DNA from: Opitutales bacterium | Lineage (GTDB): Bacteria; Verrucomicrobiota; Verrucomicrobiia; Opitutales; Opitutaceae | Assembly: GCA_038223295.1 (NCBI GenBank) | Contig: JBBRHC010000001.1 | Coordinates: 1 to 35,286, forward strand | Reading direction: 5' to 3' | DNA length: 35,286 nucleotides | In this document: piece by piece, positions 9,792 to 19,518 of the stretch | Numbering within the stretch: the first letter of the stretch is position 1 | Layout: the number at the start of each line of letters is the position of its first letter | Notes under the pieces: model-generated | What the model saw: only the letters and a program-made list of their open reading frames with translations | Told to the model about the DNA's origin: nothing | Databases searched by the model: none | Position numbers and translations under genes: made by a program

Positions 9792-12700
9792 TCAGCCGTT
9801 ATAGCCCACCAGTTCGTGCGCGGGCTGAAACTGGAGCCAGAACCGGCTGCCCACCCCGGGCTTCGATTCCACCCCGCACGAGCCGCCCATCCGGACCATG
9901 CCTTTTTTCACCAGCGAGAGACCGACTCCGGTGCCGTCATAGTCCCGGTGGCTGTGCAGCCGATGAAAGATTTTGAAGATCGCCTCGTGCTGGCGCGGAT
10001 CGATTCCGATGCCGTTGTCCTCCACCCACAGGCGCACGCCGCCATCCGTCGTGTCGGCGTGGATCGAGAGGCGGGGACGGCGCTCGGAAGAGACGAATTT
10101 CAACGCGTTCGCAATCAGGTTGGTGACGACCTGCTGCACGCCGGTGCGGTCCGCGCGCACCGAGGGCAGGGCCTGCTCCACCTGCACCTCCGCCGTGCAG
10201 GATTTTATCGTGGCGCGGAACTCGGCCAACACGTCGGAAACCACCGAGCCCAGGTCGATGACCTCCAGCTCGACCTCGCCGCGAGACATACGGCTGTAGG
10301 CGAGCAGATCGATGACCAGCGTATCCATGCGTTTGGCCGCACCGACGATCAGGCGCATGTTGGTCTGGCTGGAGGCGGACATCCGGGTGTCGCGATCTTC
10401 GAGGATGGCCTCGGCGAAGCCGTGGATGTGGTGCAGGGGCACCCGCAAATCATGGGACGCGGAATAGGTGAAGGCCTCCAGCTCGCTATTCACCTCCTCC
10501 AAACGGGCGGTGCGCAGGCGCACCACGTGCTCCAGGTTGTCCGCGTGGCGCTTCAGCTCGGAACGGGCCTCGGCGAGATCGGCATAGGCGCGGCGGTGGC
10601 CGTCGATGTTGGTGGCTGTGCCGACCCACTGGACCACGCGACCGGTCTTATCGCGCCGGCCTTGGGCCAGGCTGAGAAACCAGTGGTAGCGGCCCTCGGC
10701 GTCGCGCAGCCGGTGTTCCATTTCGTAGCTTTCGCCCGTCGCCAGGGCATGGTGCCAGCGCTTGACGGTGCCCGCGACGTCGTCGGGATGCACGATCTCG
10801 GGCCAGCGGTCTGTGCCGGCCTCGAAGGGGTCGATACCGGTATACTCCACCCAGCGGCGGTTCACGTAGTCCTGCTCTCCGGCGGCGTTCGCGGTCCAGA
10901 CGTTTTGCGGCATGGCGTCGGCGAGGAAACGATAGCGTTCCAGCAAATCGGCCATCGTGCGCTCGGACTCTTTGCGCTCGGTGATGTCCAGCACCAGCGC
11001 GAAGAAGCCCTGTACCCGCCCATCATCGCCGACATGCGGAGTGAGGGTGCAACTGATCCAGCGCGGGGCGTGGTGCGGGTGCGGCACATACTCCTCAAAT
11101 CGCAGTACCTCCCCCGCCATGACCCGCGTCAACTGCCCGCTCAGCTCACGGTGGGCGTCGGCCCCGATGACCTCGAGGACCGTCTTTCCGCGGATGGTAT
11201 CGGGATCGAGCCCGAACCATTTGTGGTAGGCCTGATTGGCCAGCACGTAGCGCTGCGCGCTGTCCACGTAGGAGACGAGCGCGGGCATCGTATTCACCAC
11301 CAGCTTCAGCTCCGATTCCTTCCGTCGCAGCGATTGTTCGAACTCCACGCGGAGCGTGATGTCGTCCACCGTGCCGATCCACTCCTCCACCTTGCCGTCG
11401 TGATCGTGAATGGGCGCGCCCCGCACGTGGACGTGGTGGTAGGTCCCATCGGCGGCCCGCAGACGGTAGGCGCACCCGAACTTTTCGCCCGTCTCGCACG
11501 CCACCCGCCAGCGCTGCTCCACGCGGGCGCGGTCCTCGTCGTGGATGAGCTGCATCCAGGTGGACGCGCCCCCTTCATCCAAGGACCGCCCGGTGAAGGT
11601 TTCCCAGCCCGTCGCCTCCTGGATGCGCCCCTGCGGATCGGCCGTCCAGACGATGTCCGCGCTCGCGGTGATGAGCGTGCGGTAGCGCTTCTCGCTCCGC
11701 GCCACCGCCACCGCGAGTTGGCGGGATTCGGTGATGTCGTAGGCGTGGACCACCACTCCCTCCACCCGGCCATCCGCGCCGATATCGGGACGATACGTGA
11801 CCATCGCATCCCGCCACTTCTCCGGCCCGTGAATCACTTTTTCGTAACGGACGTTGTTACCCGCCAGCGCGGCCTGGAGATGGGGCTGCGCCTCGGGATA
11901 ACGCTCGTCCCCCAGCAACTCGCGCACGGTTTTCCCGTGGATATCGTCGTAACCGATACCCATCCAGCGCTCATACTGGCGGTTGTGCAGCACGAAGCGC
12001 TCGTCGCCGTCGATGTAGGCCACCATGGCGGGCACCGCGTCGATGATGGTCTTGAGCAGGCTGCGGTGACGATCGAGCGCGGTCTCGGCCGCGCGCCGGG
12101 CGGTGAGATCGAGAATGAAAACGAGGCAGTCGTCGCCCTCCGGCAAGGCACTGCCGACCACGAGTACCGGGACGGCGCGCCCGTCGGGGTTGAGGCAGAT
12201 GTTCTCAAAGGTTTCCCCGGCCGCCGAGGACGCCAGGTGTTCCCAGATGAAATCGCCAAAGCTGACTTCGCGGTCGCCGATGCGGGAGCTTGGCCGCACG
12301 CGGCCCGCCTCCATATCGGCGCGATCGTAGCCGTAGAGGCTCAGGAAGGCGTCGTTGGCCGAGCGCACTTCGCCCGAGCGGCTGATCACGCCGATGCCAA
12401 ACACATTCGCCTCCCACGCGCAGCGGAAACGCCGCTCGCTCTGCTCCATCTCGCGCCGCGCGCGGCCCTCCGCCTCCAGCGCCAGGCACATGCTTTGGTG
12501 CAGGCGCGCGTTCTCCAGCGCGAAGGCCGCGATGCCGGCGATCTTGATCGCGAGTTGCAGCGTGTCGTTGCCCAGCGTACGGCGCGACTCGGCGGTCGCG
12601 AGCGACAGCAGGCCGACGATCTTTCCGCGGACCCGCAGCGGCACGCCCAGATACGACACGAAGCCCAGGCCGCGGAGGAAACCCAGGTGCGCCTCGCTGG

Positions 12701-13772
12701 TCGCCAGCCCGCGCAGGAACGCGTCGTCCACCAGGCTGATCAACTGCGCCTCGCCGTCCCGCAGCACGCGGTAGATGCTCCGCTCCCCGAGATTTTCCAG
12801 GTCGGCGGGCTCGTCCTCAAACTCGGCGTGGCGCTGCCGCACATCCGCGTGGGAGTGGTGTACGCGCGGCGTATCCAGCCGGCCGCTCCCTTCCTCCAAA
12901 ATTTGAATACAACACCAGTCGGCCACGGCGGGCACGATCGATCTGGTCACCGCCTCGGCGGTCTTGTCCAGATCGAGGGAGGAGGCCAGGACGCGGTGCA
13001 GTTCCCCGATGAAGAGCAGTTCCTCGCGCTCCTGGTGGGACGGGGTGATGTCGGTGCCCGCGCCGATAAAGCCCTCGAACTCCCCCCCGCGGCCGGTGCG
13101 CGGCACCGCGTGCTCCAGGATCCAGCGATACACCCCGTCGGCGCGCCGCAGCCGGTACTCCACATGGTAGGAGGTCTTCGAAGCGCGCGCGTGGCTCATC
13201 GCGGCCCGCACCTGGGGGATGTCGTCGACATGGGCGCGCTTGAGCCGGTCCATCTCGATGTTGTGCTCGTCCTGCCCGGTGAACGTGAGCCAGGCTTGGT
13301 TCACGAAACCCGGCGCCCCGTCCGCCTTGGTGGACCAGACGAAGCCCGGCGCGTGGTTCGCCATGTTCTCAAAATCCAGCGCCGCCTGTTTTCGCGCCAC
13401 GCGCCAGTTGTCCACGACCTGGTGGATCACCCGGCACGACAAACTGATCAGCACCCCCTGCAACAGCATCAAAGAGAGCACCACGCATTGTCCCGATGTG
13501 ATCGTCCCGTATTCCCGCAGGGAGGGAATGAACAACCACGTCGCCAGGGCGGTGCCGATGAACGTGGCGCACATGCCCGCGCGGTAGCCACCGATCCACG
13601 CGCTGACCATTACCGCCACCAACAGCATCTCGTAGGGTGCGCGGTCCCCCAGCACCGGGCCCAAAAGGTATCGCAACGCCAAGGTCGCCGCCAAGGAGGC
13701 GCACACCACCATCAAACGCGACCGGGGGGTGCGCTCCCTCGAGGGTGATAGCGAATTCAAAAACGAACGCAT
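9792..13772 (-). CDS. Membrane-anchored multi-sensor histidine kinase (DUF4118-like TM, PAS, GAF, 5 more PAS, HisKA, HATPase)
   Basis: H-box ELEAFTYSASHDLRVPL, N-box NLIANALKF, DNGIGI, F-box IFKIFHRL, GTGVGLSLV; start ATG 13772 or GTG 13799. Confidence 0.93.
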   Translation of the reverse strand: MRSFLNSLSPSRERTPRSRLMVVCASLAATLALRYLLGPVLGDRAPYEMLLVAVMVSAWIGGYRAGMCATFIGTALATWLFIPSLREYGTITSGQCVVLSLMLLQGVLISLSCRVIHQVVDNWRVARKQAALDFENMANHAPGFVWSTKADGAPGFVNQAWLTFTGQDEHNIEMDRLKRAHVDDIPQVRAAMSHARASKTSYHVEYRLRRADGVYRWILEHAVPRTGRGGEFEGFIGAGTDITPSHQEREELLFIGELHRVLASSLDLDKTAEAVTRSIVPAVADWCCIQILEEGSGRLDTPRVHHSHADVRQRHAEFEDEPADLENLGERSIYRVLRDGEAQLISLVDDAFLRGLATSEAHLGFLRGLGFVSYLGVPLRVRGKIVGLLSLATAESRRTLGNDTLQLAIKIAGIAAFALENARLHQSMCLALEAEGRARREMEQSERRFRCAWEANVFGIGVISRSGEVRSANDAFLSLYGYDRADMEAGRVRPSSRIGDREVSFGDFIWEHLASSAAGETFENICLNPDGRAVPVLVVGSALPEGDDCLVFILDLTARRAAETALDRHRSLLKTIIDAVPAMVAYIDGDERFVLHNRQYERWMGIGYDDIHGKTVRELLGDERYPEAQPHLQAALAGNNVRYEKVIHGPEKWRDAMVTYRPDIGADGRVEGVVVHAYDITESRQLAVAVARSEKRYRTLITASADIVWTADPQGRIQEATGWETFTGRSLDEGGASTWMQLIHDEDRARVEQRWRVACETGEKFGCAYRLRAADGTYHHVHVRGAPIHDHDGKVEEWIGTVDDITLRVEFEQSLRRKESELKLVVNTMPALVSYVDSAQRYVLANQAYHKWFGLDPDTIRGKTVLEVIGADAHRELSGQLTRVMAGEVLRFEEYVPHPHHAPRWISCTLTPHVGDDGRVQGFFALVLDITERKESERTMADLLERYRFLADAMPQNVWTANAAGEQDYVNRRWVEYTGIDPFEAGTDRWPEIVHPDDVAGTVKRWHHALATGESYEMEHRLRDAEGRYHWFLSLAQGRRDKTGRVVQWVGTATNIDGHRRAYADLAEARSELKRHADNLEHVVRLRTARLEEVNSELEAFTYSASHDLRVPLHHIHGFAEAILEDRDTRMSASSQTNMRLIVGAAKRMDTLVIDLLAYSRMSRGEVELEVIDLGSVVSDVLAEFRATIKSCTAEVQVEQALPSVRADRTGVQQVVTNLIANALKFVSSERRPRLSIHADTTDGGVRLWVEDNGIGIDPRQHEAIFKIFHRLHSHRDYDGTGVGLSLVKKGMVRMGGSCGVESKPGVGSRFWLQFQPAHELVGYNG

Positions 13773-13944
13773 GCCGGGGTAATGCAGCCAAGAAAACACT
13801 CGGCGTAAGGTTGTCAGCTAATCCCCCATCGGGGATTTACCGGTCCATACGTGGGAGCTGTAACCGTAATTGTATAGAAAGTGTCTGCGCGAGCCGCCTT
13901 CGGGCCGGGGTATCGCCGAAATCTTGCACGCCACAAGACGGATT

Positions 13945-14337
13945 TTAGCGCTTCGAGCGTCCCTGCCGCCGCACGGAGGAATCCGCGCCGGAACGCGCCG
14001 TGCGCGCCGCCGCTGGTTCCGACTGAATGGTATCTTCCGCTCGACCAAGCGCACGCGCACCACCCCGAGAGACGGCGGAACCGGATGTCGGGCGCTCAGG
14101 CTCCGGGCTGGGCGGCGTGACCGCTGGCATCTCCTCCGCGCGGGGCGCCTCGCTCGCCACACCCCGGAGCAGGCGCTCGGCCTCCAGCCAGATTTCTTCA
14201 TCGCGGCCCGAGGGGCATCCGTACTTCTGCCACAGCTCGCGAGCACGTTTGGAGATGTCTTGCCGCGGCGGCTGCGCGTGCTCGGTCGCGGCCACGGGTG
14301 AGCTTGGGGCTGATTGGAGGGGGCGAGGGGATTGCAT
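13945..14337 (-). CDS. DUF2934 domain protein
   Basis: ISKRARELWQKYGCPSGRDEEIWLEAERLL matches the DUF2934 pattern; disordered tail. Confidence 0.85.
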   Translation of the reverse strand: MQSPRPLQSAPSSPVAATEHAQPPRQDISKRARELWQKYGCPSGRDEEIWLEAERLLRGVASEAPRAEEMPAVTPPSPEPERPTSGSAVSRGGARALGRAEDTIQSEPAAARTARSGADSSVRRQGRSKR

Positions 14338-14602
14338 CGAAATCTAATAACGCGATTCGCTGGCCGCGGCCATCGGGCTCGATTCCCGAACCCACATGGG
14401 TGTTCCCCCCCCGTCTGTAAATCCGCACAGCGCCGCGCTCGCCCTGATACGAGGACAAGGAGAACACCTCCCCGCAGTGCCGGTCCACGCGCGTTCACAT
14501 GAGACTTTACGCCCGCGGGCACCTTGGCCGCCGCACGGCCCCTGAATCACGGGCGGTCCACCGCGACTCCCGGTGATTCGCGACCACCGCCCCCTGAAAA
14601 CC

Positions 14603-15472
14603 ATGAGCTGGCTGCACCTCGTCCACTCCACCACTTACGACTACTCCGAGGCCGTGTGGCCCGGCCCGCACCGGCTGGTACTGCGCCCGCGCGAAGGGCA
14701 CGACGTGCGCGTCGATGATTTCACGCTGCGCATCCAGCCTGCCGCGCGCATCACGTGGCATCGGGACATTTTTGGCAACTCGGTCGCATCCGTCACCGAC
14801 TTCGTGGAAGCCGCCCCGCGACTCAGCATCGTCAGCGAAGCCATCCTCTGGCGCACCCTCGCCGACCCCTCGTCCGGCGACACGCCCGCGCCCGACTGGC
14901 CCGTGATCTACGACCCCCTGGAGTTGAGCGTGGCCGAGGCCTACCGCGCGCGCGTTTTTCCAGAGGACCGCCAGGTGGTCAAAACCTGGCTCATCGCCGG
15001 CGAAGCCCCGCCGCCCCGCTCCGCATTGCACGCCCTGGAGCACCTCTGCCAACGCATCCGCACCGAGATCGGCTACGCGCGGCGCGACGAAAAAGGCGTC
15101 TTCACCCCCGCGCAGACCCTCGCGTTGCGCACGGGGTCGTGTCGCGACATGGCGGCGCTTTTCCTCGAGGCCGGCCGGGAGCTGGGCTTCGCCATGCGCT
15201 TCGTCACCGGCTACCTCGAATGCGCCGCCTCGCAAGCGGGCAACGCCTCCACCCACGCCTGGGTCGAGGCCTACCTGCCGCGCCATGGCTGGCGCGGCTT
15301 CGACCCCACCTCGGGCCGGGCCACCACCGCCAACCACATCGTCACCGGCGTGAGCAACCACCCCCGCGGCGTCATGCCCATCACCGGTCGTTATCGGGGC
15401 GAAACCGCGAAGCTGCTCGGACTCACCGTGAGCGTACTGACCGAGCGCATGGACGTCGCCGCCACGACGTAG
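14603..15472 (+). CDS. Transglutaminase-like protein (Bact_transglu_N + core)
   Basis: HSTTYDYSEAV..HRLVLRPR, DIFGN; Cys-His-Asp triad in GSCRD, THAWVEAY, GFDPT. Confidence 0.92.
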   Translation: MSWLHLVHSTTYDYSEAVWPGPHRLVLRPREGHDVRVDDFTLRIQPAARITWHRDIFGNSVASVTDFVEAAPRLSIVSEAILWRTLADPSSGDTPAPDWPVIYDPLELSVAEAYRARVFPEDRQVVKTWLIAGEAPPPRSALHALEHLCQRIRTEIGYARRDEKGVFTPAQTLALRTGSCRDMAALFLEAGRELGFAMRFVTGYLECAASQAGNASTHAWVEAYLPRHGWRGFDPTSGRATTANHIVTGVSNHPRGVMPITGRYRGETAKLLGLTVSVLTERMDVAATT

Positions 15473-15548
15473 CCGCCGGTGCGAGTCGGTGGCTCCTCAA
15501 CCACGCCCTCCGCGGGCGCGGCCGGGAAACTCGCCGATAAATCGCCGA

Positions 15549-17078
15549 TCAATCCGCCGCCGACTCCAGCGCGCTCGTCGCCGGTCCGCTGACGACCTCG
15601 CCGGTCGCCGCGAAACGCGAGCCGTGGCACGGGCAATCCCAACTGTGCTCGACCGCGTTCCACGCCACGATGCACCCGAGGTGCGGGCACACCGCCGAGC
15701 GCTCGTGCAGCGCGCCGGCCGCGTCGCGGTGCAGCGCGACCTTGTGCAAACCGCGCTGCACCACGCAACCGGCGCCGGGCGCGAGCGCGGCCGCGTCTTC
15801 CCTGGCATGCGGTCGGGCCCAGTTCAGGTACTGGCGCGCGACGTTAATGTTTTCCTGCGCAAACGTGATCGCGGCGGACAAGGTCACGCGCCCCGGATCG
15901 TAGAGCTTGCTCCAAGGGTTGGAACGGCCGCGGATCAGGTCGGTGATGATCATGCCCGCGATGGTGCCATGCGTCATGCCCATGCCGGAATCACCGGTGG
16001 CGACGTAGGTGTTGTCATGAGTGCCGGGATCGCGCCCGAGAAAGCCCAGCCCGTCGATCGTCTCCAGCACCTGGCCCGACCAGCAGTGGAGGGGAGCGCC
16101 CGCGCCCACCGCTGGAAAGCGCTCGCGCGCCCAGGCGACGAGCCGCGCGAAACGCGCCTCCGCCCCGTCCTCGTCCTGACCGGTTTTGTGATCTTCGCCG
16201 CCGACGATGAGCAGCTCGTTCGACGGGTCGGCGGTGGGCGCGAGGCGCGCGTAGTGATAGGGGTCTGCGGTGTCCCAATAGAGGCCCGGCGGCACCGCGC
16301 CCGCCGCCACCGGCAACGCGACGACGTAGGTGCGATAAGGCGCCATCTTGGTGTGGAGCGCGAAGCGGTCGTTGATGGGCGAATTGGTCGACACCACCAC
16401 CGCTTCGGCGCGCACCTGGTGGCCATTCTCGGTGTGGATGACGACCTCGGGTCCCTCGTCGATCCCGGCCACGCGGGTGCCGCCGTAGATGCGGCCGCCG
16501 CGGCGGATTATCTCGTCCGCGAGGCCGCGCAGGTACGGCCAGGGCGAGATTTGCGCCTGCCGGCGGAAACACAGGCAACGCGGCCCGGTCGCGCCCGGCC
16601 ATGCGCACAACTCGGTGTCGAGCAGCCCGGCCGCATGCGCCGCCTTCAGCTCCTCGTCGAGGTTGTCATCCTCGTCCTCTCGCGCGGGGAAGAGATAGCC
16701 GTCGAGCCGCCGGTAGTCGCAGCTCAGGCCGAGTTCCTCGACGAAGCGCTCGATCCTGTCGATGGCGGCGCCGTGGCTCCGCGCCGCCAGAATGGCGCCC
16801 TCGCGGCCGTGCCAGCGGGCGATGTTGAAGTAACGATCATCTATCGCGTTGGCGAGGTGGGCGGTGGTGCGGGCGCTCTCGCCCCCGCCCGGCTGCCCGG
16901 CGTCGAGCACCACGACTTTGACGCCCTCCAACGTGAGCAGGAGCGCGGTGGTAAGCCCGGCCACGCCGGCCCCGACCACACAAACGCCGGTCGCCATCTC
17001 GCGATCCAGAGACGGAGCGTCCGATAAACTGTGCAGCGCGGCCCAGGCCGGCGTGGTGGCGGGATCGGAGAGGAGCAT
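15549..17078 (-). CDS. FAD-dependent oxidoreductase with C-terminal Rieske [2Fe-2S] domain (YhfW family)
   Basis: VVGAGVAG, GESARTTAHL, TGDSGMGMTHGT, Rieske motifs CPHLGC and CPCHGS. Confidence 0.93.
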   Translation of the reverse strand: MLLSDPATTPAWAALHSLSDAPSLDREMATGVCVVGAGVAGLTTALLLTLEGVKVVVLDAGQPGGGESARTTAHLANAIDDRYFNIARWHGREGAILAARSHGAAIDRIERFVEELGLSCDYRRLDGYLFPAREDEDDNLDEELKAAHAAGLLDTELCAWPGATGPRCLCFRRQAQISPWPYLRGLADEIIRRGGRIYGGTRVAGIDEGPEVVIHTENGHQVRAEAVVVSTNSPINDRFALHTKMAPYRTYVVALPVAAGAVPPGLYWDTADPYHYARLAPTADPSNELLIVGGEDHKTGQDEDGAEARFARLVAWARERFPAVGAGAPLHCWSGQVLETIDGLGFLGRDPGTHDNTYVATGDSGMGMTHGTIAGMIITDLIRGRSNPWSKLYDPGRVTLSAAITFAQENINVARQYLNWARPHAREDAAALAPGAGCVVQRGLHKVALHRDAAGALHERSAVCPHLGCIVAWNAVEHSWDCPCHGSRFAATGEVVSGPATSALESAAD

Positions 17079-17080
17079 GG

Positions 17081-17878
17081 TCAGCCTTGTAGGAGGGACT
17101 GCGCGCCATCGACGAAGATCTCGGTGCCGGTGACGTGGCTGGCCGCGTCGCTAAGCAGAAACCATATCGCCTCCGCCACCTGCCCCGACGCGCCGGGTTC
17201 GCCGCCGGTGAGCGGCACCTTGCCTCGGGGGAACTTGATCGGCACGCGAATCTTGTCCAGATCGCGGTGCTCGGTGTTGTCGCCGATCTCGGTATGGATC
17301 GCACCGGGGCACACGCAGTTGACCCGCACGCGGCTCGGCGCGAGTTCCAGCGCCATCATGCGCGCGAACGCGACCTGGGCGGCCTTCGAGGTGGCGTAGG
17401 CGCTCGCGCCGGTGTTGCTGAACATACGCGTGCCGTTCACCGACGACACGACCACCACCGAACCGCCCGAAATCTTCAGCAAGGGCAACGCCGCGCGCAA
17501 CGTGAGGTAAGTGCCGCGCAGATTGATCGTGATCGTGCGATCCCACTCCTCCGGCGTGATCTGCTCCAGCGGCGCCCACAAACCATTCACCCCGGCGTTG
17601 GCCACGACGAGATGCAAACCGCCCCAGGTCGAGTTTATATTTGCCAAGTACTACACGCCCCCGGGGGGGATCGAGGCCTACCCCCGGCAAACCAGCGCCC
17701 GCCCGCCCCCGCGCTCGATCTCGTCGCACACCTCCTGCAAATCCGATTCGGTGCGCGCGACCAGCGCGACGCGCGCTCCAGCATAGGCGAGCAGTTTGGC
17801 GGTCGCCTTGCCGATGCCGGATCCGGCGCCGGTGACGAGGGCGATTTTGTTTTCCAGTGATTCGGCGGGGACACGCAT
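17081..17878 (-). pseudogene. SDR oxidoreductase interrupted by two in-frame TAG codons (pseudogene or local sequence error)
   Basis: TGAGSGIG N-terminus and ANAG...YATSK...VDG C-terminus are in the same frame; TAG at 17680-17678 and 17653-17651. Confidence 0.8.
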
Positions 17879-18029
17879 ACCGGCATCATGCCACGACGGG
17901 GCCGCGCGCCCCATCCGGACGCGCGCTCGACGGCGCGAGGGTGTTTCTCCGCCGCCTCAACCCGGTAACCCACCCCACCCCGCCGAGTTCGCCAGAGGGC
18001 TCCCCGCGTGCCACGGTGGCGAGCCATCC

Positions 18030-19166
18030 ATGTCGTCCTCACCCCCACCGCCCGGCCGTGGCACGGGCCTCAACCCGCCCAACCGTTTCGAGCGCGTGCG
18101 CCTCGCCCCCGATCCCGATGCCGAAGGCGTGTCCTCGTCCGCCGCCGACGGCGAGACTCCGCCCTCGGCACACACGCAGTTTTTCGACGACCACTCCCAG
18201 ACGATCCTCTCGCACAACGACAGCCCCGACCTCGGTTTCGCCTACGGCATCAATCCCTATCGCGGCTGTGAACACGGCTGCGCCTACTGCTACGCCCGCG
18301 CCTACCACGACTACCTCGGCTGGAACGGCGGCCTCGAATTCGAGACGCGCATCCTGGTGAAGCGCGACGCGCCCGCCCTGCTGCGCCGCGAACTGTCCGC
18401 GCCCGGGTGGCGACCGCAGCCCATCGCGCTCAGCGGTGCCACGGATTGTTATCAACCCGCCGAGCGCCGTTTCCGTCTCACGCGCGGCTGCCTGGAGGTA
18501 CTCGCCGAGTTCAGAAATCCCGTGGGCATCATCACCAAATCCGCCCTCGTGGCGCGCGATCTCGATCTATTGACGGAACTGGCGCGCGTCGCGTGCGTCT
18601 CCGTACACCTGACGCTCACCACGCTCGACGCCGGCCTGGCCGGCGCGCTCGAGCCGCGCGCGGCCCGGCCCGAGCACCGTCTGCGCACGCTGCGCGACCT
18701 GGCCGAGGCCGGGGTGCCGACAGGAGTGATGATCGCGCCCGTCATCCCCGGCCTGACCGAACACGAGCTGCCCGCCATCCTCCAGGCCGCAGCCGCCGCC
18801 GGAGCGTCCTCGGCGGGGTACATCGCCCTGCGCCTGCCGCACACGGTGAAGGACGTTTTTATCGATTGGCTGGACGTGCACGCGCCGGGGAAAAAAGCCC
18901 GCGTCCTCGCGCGCGTGCGCGAGCTGCGCGGCGGCGAACTCAACGTTTCCGACTGGGGCAAACGTTTCCGCGGCGAAGGCGTGTGGGCCGATCACCTCGA
19001 AAATCTTTTCCGCATCGCCGCGAGGCGCGCCGGCCTCGCGGAGCGTCCGCCGCCGCTCAGCGTGGAGCACTTCCGCCGGCCAGGCGGAGTGCAACTGGAT
19101 CTCTTTGGCGCGCCGACGGATTTTCCCGCCGCGCCCATCGGGCAGACGCGTCGCGCTCAGGAGTAA
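18030..19166 (+). CDS. Radical SAM protein, PA0069/Rv2578c (spore photoproduct lyase-like) family
   Basis: NDSPDLGF..INPYRGCEHGCAYCYAR (CxxxCxxC), TDCYQPAERRFRLTR, LEPRA, APVIPGL. Confidence 0.92.
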   Translation: MSSSPPPPGRGTGLNPPNRFERVRLAPDPDAEGVSSSAADGETPPSAHTQFFDDHSQTILSHNDSPDLGFAYGINPYRGCEHGCAYCYARAYHDYLGWNGGLEFETRILVKRDAPALLRRELSAPGWRPQPIALSGATDCYQPAERRFRLTRGCLEVLAEFRNPVGIITKSALVARDLDLLTELARVACVSVHLTLTTLDAGLAGALEPRAARPEHRLRTLRDLAEAGVPTGVMIAPVIPGLTEHELPAILQAAAAAGASSAGYIALRLPHTVKDVFIDWLDVHAPGKKARVLARVRELRGGELNVSDWGKRFRGEGVWADHLENLFRIAARRAGLAERPPPLSVEHFRRPGGVQLDLFGAPTDFPAAPIGQTRRAQE

Positions 19167-19420
19167 TCCGGGGGGTGGGTGAGCGTGCGGTCCAACAGTG
19201 CGCTCAGCTTCGCCGCGGTCAAAAGATCGACCAGCAGATGACCGACGCCGACGGCCGCGCGGGCGATCTCCCGCGCCCGCTTCTCGTCGGGCGCGGCGAC
19301 CACGAAATAGATCGGGCTGGCGCTCTCCGGATCGTATTGGATGGCCAAATACGTGCTCTCGCTCGACTGCCGGGGAGCGGGGGAGGCGGGGATGGGGGGT
19401 GTGATGGAAGGGATGCTCAT
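19157..19420 (-). CDS. Hypothetical protein (87 aa)
   Basis: ATG start, fills the gap between convergent genes, plausible beta-beta-alpha pattern (YLAIQY, IYFVVAAPDEKRAREIARAA). Confidence 0.55.
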   Translation of the reverse strand: MSIPSITPPIPASPAPRQSSESTYLAIQYDPESASPIYFVVAAPDEKRAREIARAAVGVGHLLVDLLTAAKLSALLDRTLTHPPDYS

Positions 19421-19443
19421 GGGGACGGGTGCGGAGGGTTTTG

Positions 19444-19479
19444 AAAAAACAAGCGCCGGTCGCGCGAGGCGAACGGCGC
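19444..19479 (-). terminator. Intrinsic terminator after yciF-like gene
   Basis: Minus strand GCGCCGTTCGC-loop-GCGACCGGCGC followed by TTGTTTTTT. Confidence 0.7.
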
Positions 19480-19518
19480 CGAGGGGTCCGATGCGGCGGG
19501 TTTTAGAGGGCGAACCGA

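Noticed and set aside
9816-13748. 1310-aa ORF on the + strand
   Set aside because: Antisense shadow of the histidine kinase; no motifs; expected with high-GC codon bias
15489-17027. 512-aa Arg-rich ORF on the + strand
   Set aside because: Shadow of the FAD/Rieske gene
17635-17690. Programmed frameshift or pyrrolysine/amber recoding in the SDR
   Set aside because: Both halves are in the same frame, TAG serves as a normal stop elsewhere in the window, and no pyl genes are present
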